Source: Waterburya sp. (GTDB lineage Bacteria; Cyanobacteriota; Cyanobacteriia; Cyanobacteriales; Xenococcaceae). Taken from it: a DNA stretch of 64,000 nucleotides. The stretch lies in contig CBDCJV010000002.1 of assembly GCA_965217895.1 (NCBI GenBank), positions 3,488,001 through 3,552,000 on the forward strand, given 5' to 3'. Positions 21,269 through 31,188 of the stretch are shown in pieces. Position 1 is the stretch's first letter. Each line of letters begins with the position of its first letter. The notes below the pieces were generated by a model. That model had not been told where the DNA came from. It searched no databases and saw nothing but the letters and a program-made list of their open reading frames with translations. The translations under genes and the position numbers were made by a program.

Positions 21269-21958
21269 ATGGACGATATTAGAGATTCAAATCACCCAAT
21301 ATACTCAGAATCAGAGAAGAATCAATTAAAGCTAGTTTCTCAATTACTAGAAGCAGGAGAAACTGGTTTAGATGTCTTATCAGATTGGATGATTTCTCTT
21401 AAGGGTGAACTTAGCAATTTAGCTCTGGGCAAGGCTTATCAAGCTCTGTATCAAGATAGTAATCCTGCCGTTCAAGATTTTTTAGCCAACAATTTTCCTC
21501 AAGGTGTTGTTCCTCTCCTCTCAGAGCAAAACACTGACTATCAACCCTTACAGCAATTATTGGCTCAACAAGATTTTCAAGGTGCTGATGTAGTAACTTT
21601 ACAAAAGCTGTGTGAGTTAGCAGGTGCAGCAGCGGTTGAGAGAAAGTGGGTTTACTTTACGGAAATAGAAAACATTTCAACTACAGATTTCCAGACTTTG
21701 GATCGATTATGGTTGATGCACTCTCAAGGAAAGTTTGGTTTTTCTGTACAAAGACGAATTTGGCTATCTGTTGGTAAGGATTTTTCTAAATTGTGGACTA
21801 AGATAGGCTGGAAATCTGAAAATACATGGACACGTTACCCCAAAGAATTTACCTGGAATTTAACTGCTCCTGATGGTCATTTACCTTTATCTAATCAATT
21901 ACGCGGTGTAAGAGTTTTAGATGCTATATTTGCTCATTCAGCTTGGACTAATATTTAG
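21269..21958 (+). CDS. gun4: GUN4 porphyrin-binding Mg-chelatase activator
   Basis: DYQPLQQLL, SQGKFGFSVQ, WTRYP, GHLPLSNQLRG. Confidence 0.85.
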   Translation: MDDIRDSNHPIYSESEKNQLKLVSQLLEAGETGLDVLSDWMISLKGELSNLALGKAYQALYQDSNPAVQDFLANNFPQGVVPLLSEQNTDYQPLQQLLAQQDFQGADVVTLQKLCELAGAAAVERKWVYFTEIENISTTDFQTLDRLWLMHSQGKFGFSVQRRIWLSVGKDFSKLWTKIGWKSENTWTRYPKEFTWNLTAPDGHLPLSNQLRGVRVLDAIFAHSAWTNI

Positions 21959-21994
21959 ACCTCTTGTCTGAATATATTTTCTCAACAACTCGAT

Positions 21995-22190
21995 TGCCAG
22001 ACAGCGCAATCGAGTTGGTTTCCAAAGGCGACTTTTGTGTGGGAAGCTTCCTATATAACCTCGTCAGTTTGCTCAACGGGGGAAACCCCCGCAACGCAAC
22101 TGACTCGCAAAACGCGCCGTACAAAGAGCGACTAGCGACCCCGTGCCGACACAAGGCGCAAGGATACACGCTGCGATACGCACCCCTCTC
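21995..22190. repeat. Nested GC-rich small dispersed repeats
   Basis: Inner gtcagtttgctcaacgggggaaacccccgcaacgcaactgac (22063-22104) within further hairpin shells; outer bounds approximate. Confidence 0.6.
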
Positions 22191-22225
22191 CTTCAACACC
22201 AGTTTCCAATTCCTGACTCCATACA

Positions 22226-22330
22226 TATAGCAATACGTACTTATATTAGGACACTTGTTACTTGTTACTTTTTACTTTTTACTTACAAGCAATTAAATTT
22301 TCTGTCCTAACCAGTCAACGTACTGCGATA
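22226..22330. repeat. TATAGCA-type inverted-repeat element enclosing heptamer tandem repeats
   Basis: tatagcaatacgt...taggaca / tgtccta...acgtactgcgata; (ACTTKTT)x4 from 22253. Confidence 0.65.
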
Positions 22331-22597
22331 CAAGTCCTTTATGACTTCTAACTTGAAGCAAAGAACGCGCAGCCAATCTTTGAGAGCTGACTTAATTTTT
22401 AACGATTTCTGCTAAAAATGTTCGTTCAAGCAGATTTTCGGGAACTTTAAAAGGAGCAAGCTAATAAAAGCATAAGTTCTCTTTCATTTACTAGAAAAGA
22501 ATTTAATGATCTAAAATTAGCAATCTAGTCTATATGTTCATTTTTATAACTTGAAAGTCCATATACAATAACTTTTATTAAAAATTAAGTAATACCA

Positions 22598-24199
22598 GTG
22601 GAAGCAGTAGATTTAGGGTTAGCAGTCACCAATATGACTAAGCCACAAAACCAACTTTTTTGCCGTTTAGATGGTCTTACTTCCTCAACGAGAGAGCAGC
22701 TAAGATTAACCACTTTAAGTCAACTAGGCTTATTGGTTTCTGAATCTGTTCCTGTTTTTGAAGAAGTGACCCAAAAAGCTGCAACTTTTGCCAATGCGCC
22801 AATATCTATTTTAGGTTTGGCTATTGAAGGTGAACTATGGTTTAAATCAGCAGTTGGTCTATCAACAACTGGTTTAATGAATCAGTTGGCATCTCAACGT
22901 AAAATATCTCTTGATGAGTCTTTTAGTAGTTATGTTATTGATAGTCAGCAGCCATTAGTTATCGATAATACTTTAAGTAATGCTGTTTTTGCCCATAGTG
23001 TTTTGACTCAGCATTATGGGATTCGAGCTTATTTGGGAGTTCCTCTGATTAGTTCTGATGATTTGTGTATTGGAACTCTAGAAGTGATGGACTGGAAAAC
23101 TAGAAGGTTTAATGAGCGCGACATCGATTATTTAGCTTTACTAGCTCGCTGGTGTTTAGGGGAATTTGAACGTCATCAAAATATCAAAACTCAAGAAGCA
23201 AATTTTTCGGGTTTTACTCAACCAGAATGGCAAAAAGCTAATGGCTCGATCTTGCCTGATACAGTAAATTTGGGTTCAAGTAACTGTGCAGTTGCGGGGA
23301 AAAATTTCATTCATACAAATCAATTTAGTGAAGATAGTCAAGCCCCGCTAAAAGTTGCCACTAATCCAATTAAAATTAAGCTCTTATCTCAACTAACCCA
23401 AGAGTTAAAAACTCCTCTGACTTCAGTAATTGGTATGGCGAGCGTGCTGCATCGCGAAGTGTATGGACCTTTGACCGTTAAGCAAAGAGAATATCTAGAA
23501 ATTATTCATGATAGTGGTCAAAATTTGATTAACTTGGTAGATGAAATTGTCAGTCTAGGAATTTTAAACGCGCAAAATTCAGAGATTAACACCACAGCAG
23601 TAGATATTGAAATGCTTTGTCAGCAGGTAATTAATAGTTTGGAAGATAGCGCTAAACAGCATCAGCAAGCATTATGTCTTTCTATAGAGCCTGGCAACAG
23701 AATTTGGTCTTTAGATAAGGAAAAAGTACGACAAGCTCTTTACTATTTAATTACCAGTATTTTGGAAATGTCGGAAGCTGGCGGAGAAATAAAAATTCAT
23801 GTTTCTCGTAGAAATAAAGCCTTAAATATTGCCGTAGGTATTTCTCATCCTTGGTTAGGAGAAAATTTTGGCGAATCAAATCTTCATTCTCAGGCGATCG
23901 CCAAGGCTTTGAGTCTAAATCAAGATAATTCTCAAAACCTCGATGGTTTTAATGCGGGAATGAGCGATATTGCTGTAAGTAATCATCAAATATTAACCTC
24001 TGCTGCGTTAATGATGGTTATTAATGAGGAAGATTCTTTGGATAAAGTGGTTAATAAAATTCCCCGTGATGTTTTGGGACTATTGTTTTGCTGTCATTTA
24101 ACCGAAATACATGAAGGATATGTAGTTGTTCAAGGTTCGCTTAATTCTAGTTATCGTTATGTGCTGCAATTTCCGAAAACTTATTCGGCAGATAAGTAA
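22598..24199 (+). CDS. GAF-domain sensor histidine kinase-like protein, degenerate
   Basis: GAF (IRAYLGVPL, IGTLEVMD); HisKA LTQELKTPL lacks the His. Confidence 0.85.
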   Translation: MEAVDLGLAVTNMTKPQNQLFCRLDGLTSSTREQLRLTTLSQLGLLVSESVPVFEEVTQKAATFANAPISILGLAIEGELWFKSAVGLSTTGLMNQLASQRKISLDESFSSYVIDSQQPLVIDNTLSNAVFAHSVLTQHYGIRAYLGVPLISSDDLCIGTLEVMDWKTRRFNERDIDYLALLARWCLGEFERHQNIKTQEANFSGFTQPEWQKANGSILPDTVNLGSSNCAVAGKNFIHTNQFSEDSQAPLKVATNPIKIKLLSQLTQELKTPLTSVIGMASVLHREVYGPLTVKQREYLEIIHDSGQNLINLVDEIVSLGILNAQNSEINTTAVDIEMLCQQVINSLEDSAKQHQQALCLSIEPGNRIWSLDKEKVRQALYYLITSILEMSEAGGEIKIHVSRRNKALNIAVGISHPWLGENFGESNLHSQAIAKALSLNQDNSQNLDGFNAGMSDIAVSNHQILTSAALMMVINEEDSLDKVVNKIPRDVLGLLFCCHLTEIHEGYVVVQGSLNSSYRYVLQFPKTYSADK

Positions 24200-24261
24200 A
24201 ATCTGAATATAAGCAATACGTGGTTTAGGATAAGGATGTTCAATTTTACTCAATCCTATCT

Positions 24262-25644
24262 ATGAAATCGGCTTGGTTAACCATCATGCTTTCAAAGCCA
24301 CAGTTGCATCAGTGGCGCAAAGGTAGCTATCTTCATCGATCAGTTGGCGTTTTAGCTAGCTGGCGACAGGGAAGTTGGCTGCTGCAATGGTCTGAGGCAA
24401 TTGGAGCTTGCTTAATTAGCCTGGTTTTTGTATTTGCACCTTTTGTTTCTACTGCTTTAATTGGTGTTTTGTTGCTTGCTGTTGCAGCCTACTGGGTTGT
24501 AATTACTATTTCTACAGCTAAAAAAGAAACGCTCAGCATTACGCCGATTCATATTTTAGTTTTTTTGTACTGGTGCATAGCGGCGATCGCCACAGCTTTT
24601 TCTCCCGTTAAGTCTGCTGCCTTAAATGGTCTAGTAACCTTGACTATTTATTTAATTTTGTTTGCTTTAGCAGCACAACTATTGCGATCGCCTAAACTAT
24701 ATAACTGGATTATCACTAGCTATTTATTAACTGCTTTGGTAGTTAGTTCTTATGGCGTGCGCCAGGAGTTTTTTGGCGTACAGCAGTTAGCCACCTGGAA
24801 CGATCCTACCTCACCCTTGGCAAACGAGACGAGAGTTTATAGCTACTTAGGCAATCCTAATTTGTTGGGAGGATATTTATTACCAGCGATCGCTTTAAGC
24901 ATAGCTGCGGTTTTTATGTGGCGTGGTTGGATTAAAAAAACTTTAGCGGTAACTATGGTAATAATTAATTCGAGCTGTCTATATTTTACTGGTAGTCGTG
25001 GAGCATGGTTGGCGATGACAGTATTAATTAGTGTAATGCTGCTGCTGTTTTACTATTGGTGGCGTGAATATTTACCTCGCTTCTGGCAAATTTGGTTATT
25101 ACCTTTGGTATTTGGCAGTTTGGCAGGAATGTTTATCTTGGCATTTATTTCTCTAGAGCCTTTACGCATCAGAGTTATGAGTATTTTTGCAGGTAGAGGA
25201 GACAGCAGCAATAATTTTCGGATTAACGTTTGGCAAGCCTGTTTCAAAATTATTGAAGACTACCCAATAATTGGCATTGGACCAGGACATGATGCTTTTA
25301 ATAAAATTTATCCCCGCTACATGGACTCACGCTATCCTGCCCTAAGTGCCTATTCAATCTATTTAGAACATCTGGTAGAAATGGGCTACATTGGCTTGGG
25401 GTGCTTTGTCTGGCTCTTGGTAGTCACATTTAATCATGGCATAGGTCAATTAATTCGTTTACGTCAGAGCAAAAACAAAAGAGGAATCTATCTAATTGCT
25501 GCGATCGCTGCGATCGCTAGTCTGTCTCTTCATGGCTTTGTGGACACAGTTTGGTATCGCCCGCAAATTAATACACTCTGGTGGTTGACCTTAGCCATTA
25601 TTGCTAGCTTCTACGACGATGTTAATACAATCAAAAATCAATAA
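24262..25644 (+). CDS. ictB: IctB-family membrane protein (O-antigen ligase-like)
   Basis: RVYSYLGNPNLL, TGSRG, DSSNNFRINVW, GIGPG, DTVWYRP. Confidence 0.88.
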   Translation: MKSAWLTIMLSKPQLHQWRKGSYLHRSVGVLASWRQGSWLLQWSEAIGACLISLVFVFAPFVSTALIGVLLLAVAAYWVVITISTAKKETLSITPIHILVFLYWCIAAIATAFSPVKSAALNGLVTLTIYLILFALAAQLLRSPKLYNWIITSYLLTALVVSSYGVRQEFFGVQQLATWNDPTSPLANETRVYSYLGNPNLLGGYLLPAIALSIAAVFMWRGWIKKTLAVTMVIINSSCLYFTGSRGAWLAMTVLISVMLLLFYYWWREYLPRFWQIWLLPLVFGSLAGMFILAFISLEPLRIRVMSIFAGRGDSSNNFRINVWQACFKIIEDYPIIGIGPGHDAFNKIYPRYMDSRYPALSAYSIYLEHLVEMGYIGLGCFVWLLVVTFNHGIGQLIRLRQSKNKRGIYLIAAIAAIASLSLHGFVDTVWYRPQINTLWWLTLAIIASFYDDVNTIKNQ

Positions 25645-25740
25645 GTAGGGTGGGCAATCTAAAAATAAAGTGTGTCAATTCATATTAAAACCAAATTTGC
25701 CCACCTTACCAGTTAGGGGCGAACGGCCGTTCGCCCGTAC
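25645..25740. repeat. Two REP-type elements: a gtagggtgggcaa/ttgcccaccttac pair and a REP at 25713-25740
   Basis: Inverted GTAG-type repeats between the convergent ictB and smpB genes. Confidence 0.75.
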
Positions 25741-25752
25741 ATCAGCAATTAT

Positions 25753-26220
25753 TTAATCTCGTTTCATAGCTCTTGCCATAGCTCTTTCATCGTCGCGTTT
25801 TTTCGATGTTTCTCGCTTGTCGTGTAGTTTTTTACCTTTACCTAAACCGATGACAATTTTAACCCTGCCTTTTTTGAAGTACATTTTCAAGGGAACAAGA
25901 GTTAAACCTTTTTGTTCGGTTTGCCCAATGAGTTTATTAATTTCTTTACGGTGGAGCAGTAATTTACGAACACGACGAGCCTCATGGTTAAAATGAGTCC
26001 CTCCTGCTTGATAGGGAGAAATATGAACATTACTCAACCAAGCTTCACCGTTTTTGATAAAAGCATAACCGTCTCTAAGATTAACTTTTCCTGCTCGGAT
26101 TGACTTTACTTCTGTACCAACTAATTCAATTCCTGCTTCGTAGGTTTCGAGAATTTCGTAAAGATAACGAGCCTGACGATTATCACTAACAATTTTGACT
26201 CCTGGGTTGTTTTCAGCCAT
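25753..26220 (-). CDS. smpB: SsrA-binding protein
   Basis: [31 protein letters not shown]. Confidence 0.97.
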   Translation of the reverse strand: MAENNPGVKIVSDNRQARYLYEILETYEAGIELVGTEVKSIRAGKVNLRDGYAFIKNGEAWLSNVHISPYQAGGTHFNHEARRVRKLLLHRKEINKLIGQTEQKGLTLVPLKMYFKKGRVKIVIGLGKGKKLHDKRETSKKRDDERAMARAMKRD

Positions 26221-26295
26221 GCTTATACTTCTAAAATCTGGACTTGTTGAGGACTTATTAGTATATCATTCAGCTTTTAGTCGGGCTTGTCATCA

Positions 26296-26967
26296 CTACT
26301 GAAGACAGTTTTTGGGATCGCAAGAAACTTCTATAGCTGCGATCGCTGCATCATCACGATATTTATCAGTTGTATAAGAAACACCTGGATATTTGGGATA
26401 AATACCAGAGAATCCTATGCCATTGGCAATCAATTTAAAGGATGAGGCTCTAAAACGGATATTCTCAGAATTCTGCTCTTTAAAGGTGATGTACTCTGAT
26501 TCAGCTTCACTATTGTAAGTTAAGACAGCATCTCCATAAATCTCTTCTGCTTCCTTAATTAGCGTACCTACTTTTATTCCTGCTTTAGTTTGATAGCGAT
26601 CGTTAGCAGTTAACAATGTAGTAATAGGATCGTCATCAGAAAGAGTTGCCCGCCTAGGGTTAGAAGCCGTTCCTGTTGGATAAAGAATATAATATTGAAC
26701 AATATCTTTTTGACTAACGGCGATCGCATTAGTATCAACCGTAAAAGATGATATCACTTCAAATTTAGTATCTGGTGATATTTGTTTTAATTGACCCAAA
26801 GTCATGCCAAGCTTAGCTTTGCCTATGCCACTAGAAGATATGAGAACTTTTTCTTTTACAGTTGTTGCTGCATTAACTTGGCTAATCTTCACACCAGATT
26901 GAGCATTAATAGTTTTGGCTTGACAAGCTGACAAAAGCAGCAAGGTCAACAAAATAATTCTTTTCAT
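26296..26967 (-). CDS. Putative lipoprotein
   Basis: Signal peptide with lipobox LSAC; GIGKAKLGMT and GIKVGT. Confidence 0.7.
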   Translation of the reverse strand: MKRIILLTLLLLSACQAKTINAQSGVKISQVNAATTVKEKVLISSSGIGKAKLGMTLGQLKQISPDTKFEVISSFTVDTNAIAVSQKDIVQYYILYPTGTASNPRRATLSDDDPITTLLTANDRYQTKAGIKVGTLIKEAEEIYGDAVLTYNSEAESEYITFKEQNSENIRFRASSFKLIANGIGFSGIYPKYPGVSYTTDKYRDDAAIAAIEVSCDPKNCLQ

Positions 26968-27073
26968 TGAAATATCGTAATTTCTTAAAGGGAATGCTCA
27001 CCAAGACGGCTTAAAGCTTAAGGCTTAGAGCTATCTTAACTAATCAATTGTCTTAACCCGAACTGAGGTTAAA

Positions 27074-28801
27074 TTAAATGCCATGACTTTTGCCAATTAC
27101 CCAGTGGCGACGAAAAAAGCGAGAGAGGCTAGATTCTTCGAGGGAAAGATAAATCGGTCTACCGTGGGGACAGGTGCGAGGATTACGAGTAGCTTGCCAT
27201 AAATCCAATAGATTTTGCATTTCTTTGATACTTAGAGCTGTACCGTTACGAATTGCGCTACGACAGGCACTAGCTACTTGAGCCGATCGCAAATCTCCTC
27301 CCCAGCTTAACTCAATTAAAGCATCAGCACAGTCATCTCGATTAGCAAGTATTTTCGGTGCATTGCGAATTGCCCAAATGTTCTCGCCAAAAAGTTCGAC
27401 GTTAATTTTTAGTTTCTGCAATTGCTCAAGCTGAGATTGTCTTAAATATTCTAAAGTAATGGGGGTTGTTAAAGATACTAATTCCCAGCAGCTACAAAGC
27501 TGCTCGTATAATACTCTTTCGTGGGCAATATGCTGTTCAACTAGCCATACTCCAGAAGAATGTTCCGCTACAATATAGGTTTTGTTGACTTGTGCTACTG
27601 CCTTTAGCTTTAGCGAATTAGGTTGAGAAGATGTGTTTGCTTCCAGTTTTTCGGTGAGATGGCGATCTACCTGATATTTGCCTGAAGCTTCGGCTACCTT
27701 TAACATTCTGCCGATTCGGCGATCGCCTACCGCAGCAGGGAGATTAACTGTATTTAACTTTAAGGCTTGAGAAATTGCTTTGCTAATTTCTGTCTGCCAA
27801 TAAGCAAGAGAGTGAAGATAAATTTCGGTTTTAGCGGGGTGACGATTCCAATCAATTTGGCTAGGGCAGGTATGAAGATGTAATAAACATACAGGAAAGC
27901 GATCGCGTGGTAGGGTTTTTGCCATACTGTTGAGGATAGTCTGTTCTAATTCAGGCGATCGCACATAGCGATTATTGACTGAAACTTTTACCCAATCTGA
28001 CTTATGGCGATGACAGCGATCTGGTAAACCCATGACTAATTCAATCTGGGAATTGGACTGCTGTTGGTTAACTATAAAAGAGGCTAAATTATCCTTTTTA
28101 AAAGGAGTGGGAATTTCTATTTTGAGATGGTGTAAGTCACTACTGCTAATCCTCCTGAGAAATTGCGGTAAAACATCCTTGGCGGTTGCACCTGGACTAA
28201 CGTAAAACCAAGGACTATTATTTTGTTTAATTTGCCAAGTGATTTGTGGATGACACAGGGCAATTTGCTGAATTAGTTTTTGAACTGCCTTTAACTGCTG
28301 ATTCAAGGCGGGCAAACCTCGACGACGTACAGGAAGCTTGGCAAACAAGTTAGAGACGGTGATAATCGTGCCTGTGGCGATCGCTACTGCCGATTCTAGC
28401 TGAGATTTACCCTCAAGGTAATTTACCTTCCAGCCAACAGGATCTGATTGATGCTTAGCGCGACTACAAATATTTAAATCTGCTACTTGAGCAATACTAT
28501 GAAGAGCTTCACCCCTAAATCCTAAACTAGTAATGTGCCACAGGTCTTTACGACTGCGAATCTTGCTGGTGCTGTGGGGTTGAGCGCAGATTCTTAAATC
28601 ATCTAAAGACATTCCCTTGCCATTGTCTATTACCTGAACTTGCCATAGTTCAGGATGCAGAGAAATAGTAATTCTATTTGCCCCTGCATCAAGGGAATTT
28701 TCTACCAACTCTCTTACCACCGCTGCCAAAGAATCAATGACCTCTCCCGCAGCAATGAGATCGATCACCTCATCTGGTAAAGTTTGAATCTCACAAGGCA
28801 T
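27074..28801 (-). CDS. mutL: DNA mismatch repair endonuclease MutL
   Basis: IAAGEVI, ELVENSLDA, LGFRGEAL, EQHIAHERVLYE, CPHGRP. Confidence 0.96.
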   Translation of the reverse strand: MPCEIQTLPDEVIDLIAAGEVIDSLAAVVRELVENSLDAGANRITISLHPELWQVQVIDNGKGMSLDDLRICAQPHSTSKIRSRKDLWHITSLGFRGEALHSIAQVADLNICSRAKHQSDPVGWKVNYLEGKSQLESAVAIATGTIITVSNLFAKLPVRRRGLPALNQQLKAVQKLIQQIALCHPQITWQIKQNNSPWFYVSPGATAKDVLPQFLRRISSSDLHHLKIEIPTPFKKDNLASFIVNQQQSNSQIELVMGLPDRCHRHKSDWVKVSVNNRYVRSPELEQTILNSMAKTLPRDRFPVCLLHLHTCPSQIDWNRHPAKTEIYLHSLAYWQTEISKAISQALKLNTVNLPAAVGDRRIGRMLKVAEASGKYQVDRHLTEKLEANTSSQPNSLKLKAVAQVNKTYIVAEHSSGVWLVEQHIAHERVLYEQLCSCWELVSLTTPITLEYLRQSQLEQLQKLKINVELFGENIWAIRNAPKILANRDDCADALIELSWGGDLRSAQVASACRSAIRNGTALSIKEMQNLLDLWQATRNPRTCPHGRPIYLSLEESSLSRFFRRHWVIGKSHGI

Positions 28802-28951
28802 ATACTTCTCAATCTAGTTGGGGAAACTACGTAAGCAAAAGCTTTTGCTACTTAAATATTAAGGTAGTCATCAAATTTGAGCGTACCTTACGATCATTTA
28901 TCCTACCCTGTTATTGCTTAATTAAATATAGCTAAATATGTTTTTAAAATA

Positions 28952-29032
28952 GCGATCGCAATATTACTGCATCGGGTTTGATCACTATTGTTTGGGAATA
29001 AAAATCAAATGAGTTTTGGGGAAAGCGATCGC
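28952..29032 (+). repeat. HIP1-to-HIP1 81-bp paralogous copy of the PIN toxin 3' end (31092-31172)
   Basis: Ungapped match; both copies begin and end with GCGATCGC; encodes DRNITASGLITIVWE*. Confidence 0.85.
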
Positions 29033-29097
29033 CTTTTCGGGGATGGAAATGTTGCACATTAATCATTGTGCCGTTACTGTAAATACACAAAAAACAA

Positions 29098-29685
29098 TTA
29101 AGCTGACAAAATATTATTCACAGTGACTTTTAATTCGGGAAAAGTCATCGAATCAACAGTTTCATCGACTGCAAATACTGTTTTGGCGTAGCTTCCTGAC
29201 TCTAAAACTAAAATTGTTATTTTCTGTTGAATAGGATCGACAATCCAATACTCAGGAATACCTATATTTTGGTATTCTGCTGTCTTTTCGCTATAGTCTC
29301 TAGACACTTGTTCAGTACCAGGACTTACTACTTCAACAGCTAACATTAAACCATCTTCAATCACGGCTGAAGAGTTACGGCGATAACTTTGCCAAACTTG
29401 ATTATTGATAACTGCAATATCGGGAATTCTGGCAGAGTTAATCCCAGTTCTAACTCCTACATCACCAGTCTTAACTTTAATATTTAATTTGTACTCTTTG
29501 GCTATAGCTTTGAAACAATCAGCAATGAAGTCAATAATATCTGAATGCAAAAAACTGGCTGGAGGCATTTCTACTAATTTACCTTTAACCAATTCATAAA
29601 CCTCATTAGTGTCATATTCACCATAGTTGAGATATTCTTGATAGGTTATTTCATTTGCGGGTGTAGTGACCATCAGGGGTTGCAT
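29098..29685 (-). CDS. Uma2 family (DUF820) endonuclease
   Basis: ELVKGKLVEMPP...H, RIPDIAV, LAVEVVSPG, K...Y, GIPEYWIVDP. Confidence 0.92.
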   Translation of the reverse strand: MQPLMVTTPANEITYQEYLNYGEYDTNEVYELVKGKLVEMPPASFLHSDIIDFIADCFKAIAKEYKLNIKVKTGDVGVRTGINSARIPDIAVINNQVWQSYRRNSSAVIEDGLMLAVEVVSPGTEQVSRDYSEKTAEYQNIGIPEYWIVDPIQQKITILVLESGSYAKTVFAVDETVDSMTFPELKVTVNNILSA

Positions 29686-29760
29686 TCAAAGGATGGTTAT
29701 GGCTTGAATATTTATAATAATACGTTATTTTATTGTCAAGATAGTTGGTCATCTAGATTG

Positions 29761-29867
29761 ATCATAGGGGCGTTTCGCGAAACGCCCCTACGGGGTTTGG
29801 CGGTGTTGGTACGGGGTCGATCGCCAATAATCATGATGATGGAAAAATAATTGGTAATGGCGATCGA
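29761..29867 (+). repeat. REP plus about 75-bp tail ending in a HIP1-like site; paralog of 33361-33467
   Basis: ataggggcgtttcgcgaaacgcccctac; tail aligns without gaps to 33361-33467. Confidence 0.8.
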
Positions 29868-29917
29868 TTCATGAGGATGCAAATGCTCTAATTTAATTGG
29901 ACTGTCGTTCTTCGAGT

Positions 29918-30194
29918 TTATTTTGCCAGCCATGATTTAATAATTGCTTGCCTAGCAACACCTAAACGAGATGCTTCTCGATCTAAGCCCTCGATCATCT
30001 ACAGGGGCAGATTAACATCGATCTTTTTTTGTTAAAGATTGACTCGCTCGGCATCTGCTAGCTCAAAATATTCCAAGATGCTTTCTTGGTTGCCGTCAAA
30101 CTTTCGCTCTAATTTATTTTTATTGCTTTTCATAAATTCTCACTTCTTCCTGTCTAGTCCTTACTGAAATAAGGCGAATAATTTCATTTCGATA
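29918..30194 (-). pseudogene. Decayed BrnT toxin 3' end plus BrnA/CopG-type antitoxin with two nonsense codons
   Basis: YRNEIIRLISVRTRQEEVRIY, then MKSNKNKLERKFDGNQESILEYF...VNL*QKKIDVNLPL*MIEGLDREASRLGVARQAIIKSWLAK* (30133..29918). Confidence 0.75.
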
Positions 30195-30269
30195 AAAATT
30201 GCCAGCATTGCAATTAGTTTTTTTAAAATTACATAACGGATATATGACGGATTAATTCTAGACCCTTTA

Positions 30270-30356
30270 TTTTTCTGCTTGTTTTAGTTCTTCTCTTAAA
30301 ACTCGACGTAGTGTTTCTTCAAGAGGTTCTTGCTGAATATGTTGTCGTAACTCTTG
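30270..30356 (-). pseudogene. C-terminal remnant of a BrnA-like antitoxin
   Basis: Translates ELRQHIQQEPLEETLRRVLREELKQA; bounds approximate. Confidence 0.5.
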
Positions 30357-30412
30357 GAAAGCGAGGATCTTTAATAAGTTTTTCTATTGTATTACCTGTG
30401 CGATACTGTGAC

Positions 30413-30450
30413 GGCGATCTCCTGTAGTGTTTATCGGGGTCATATTTCAT
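30413..30450 (-). pseudogene. 5' stub of a third RAYT gene
   Basis: MKYDPDKHYRRS, nearly identical to the start of 32723..33277; breaks at a HIP1-like site (GGCGATCTC on +). Confidence 0.75.
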
Positions 30451-30502
30451 TGGGATTGTCTAAGTTATAATTATTTCAACAATTTAAGAGAAATAATCAA
30501 AA

Positions 30503-30733
30503 ATGTTTCAGTCTGTAAAAGGAGTCTACAAACATGGCTCAATTGAATTAACAGAGATGCCAGAAAATATTGAAGAAAGCCAGGTAATCGTTACATTTCT
30601 AGAAACCAAATTAAAACAGACAAGTAAACGTATGTCTTTTGGAATGTTTACTGGCTCAAAACAATCTAATAAAGATGATTTTGAGATAGCAGAATTTACT
30701 GGAGATCCTGATGACAACTTAAACTGGCAATAA
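30503..30733 (+). CDS. Putative antitoxin of the downstream PIN toxin
   Basis: 76 aa, VKGVYKHGSIEL...VIVTFL, acidic tail; 6 nt upstream of the PIN gene. Confidence 0.7.
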   Translation: MFQSVKGVYKHGSIELTEMPENIEESQVIVTFLETKLKQTSKRMSFGMFTGSKQSNKDDFEIAEFTGDPDDNLNWQ

Positions 30734-30739
30734 ACAGTT

Positions 30740-31141
30740 ATGAGGTATGTTGTCGATACTCATGCTTTAGTCTGGTTTTTAGAAGGTAATTCGCGTTTGG
30801 GGACAAATGCCAAAACTATTCTGGCTAATTCTGATAGTCAATTAATTTTGCCTGCGATCGCTCTAGCCGAAGCAGTTTGGATTGTCGATCGTGCTAGAAC
30901 ATCAATTCCTTCAGTAGTAGATTTACTCGATGCAGTAAGTGCCGATCCTAGAATAGCAATTTATCCGCTAGACAAAGCTGTTATTGAGCAAAGTATTAGC
31001 TTGTCTGCTATTACCGAGATGCACGATCGATTAATCGTAGCTACTGCACTTATCTTAGAAAATAGAGGAGAAAATATTGCATTGTTGACTTGCGATCGCA
31101 ATATTACTGCATCGAGTTTAATCTCTATTATTTGGGAATAA
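30740..31141 (+). CDS. PIN-domain (VapC-like) toxin
   Basis: VVDTHALVW, ALAE, HDRLIVATA, LLTCD. Confidence 0.9.
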   Translation: MRYVVDTHALVWFLEGNSRLGTNAKTILANSDSQLILPAIALAEAVWIVDRARTSIPSVVDLLDAVSADPRIAIYPLDKAVIEQSISLSAITEMHDRLIVATALILENRGENIALLTCDRNITASSLISIIWE

Positions 31142-31188
31142 AAATAATATGGGTTTTGGGTAAGGCGATCGCCCCAACAGGGTTTCAT

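Noticed and set aside
21948..22230. Overlapping ORFs on both strands
   Set aside because: They coincide with nested GC-rich repeats and have no protein motif.
25753..26300. tmRNA or tRNA near smpB
   Set aside because: No tRNA-like ends recognised; no tRNA or rRNA was seen anywhere in the window.
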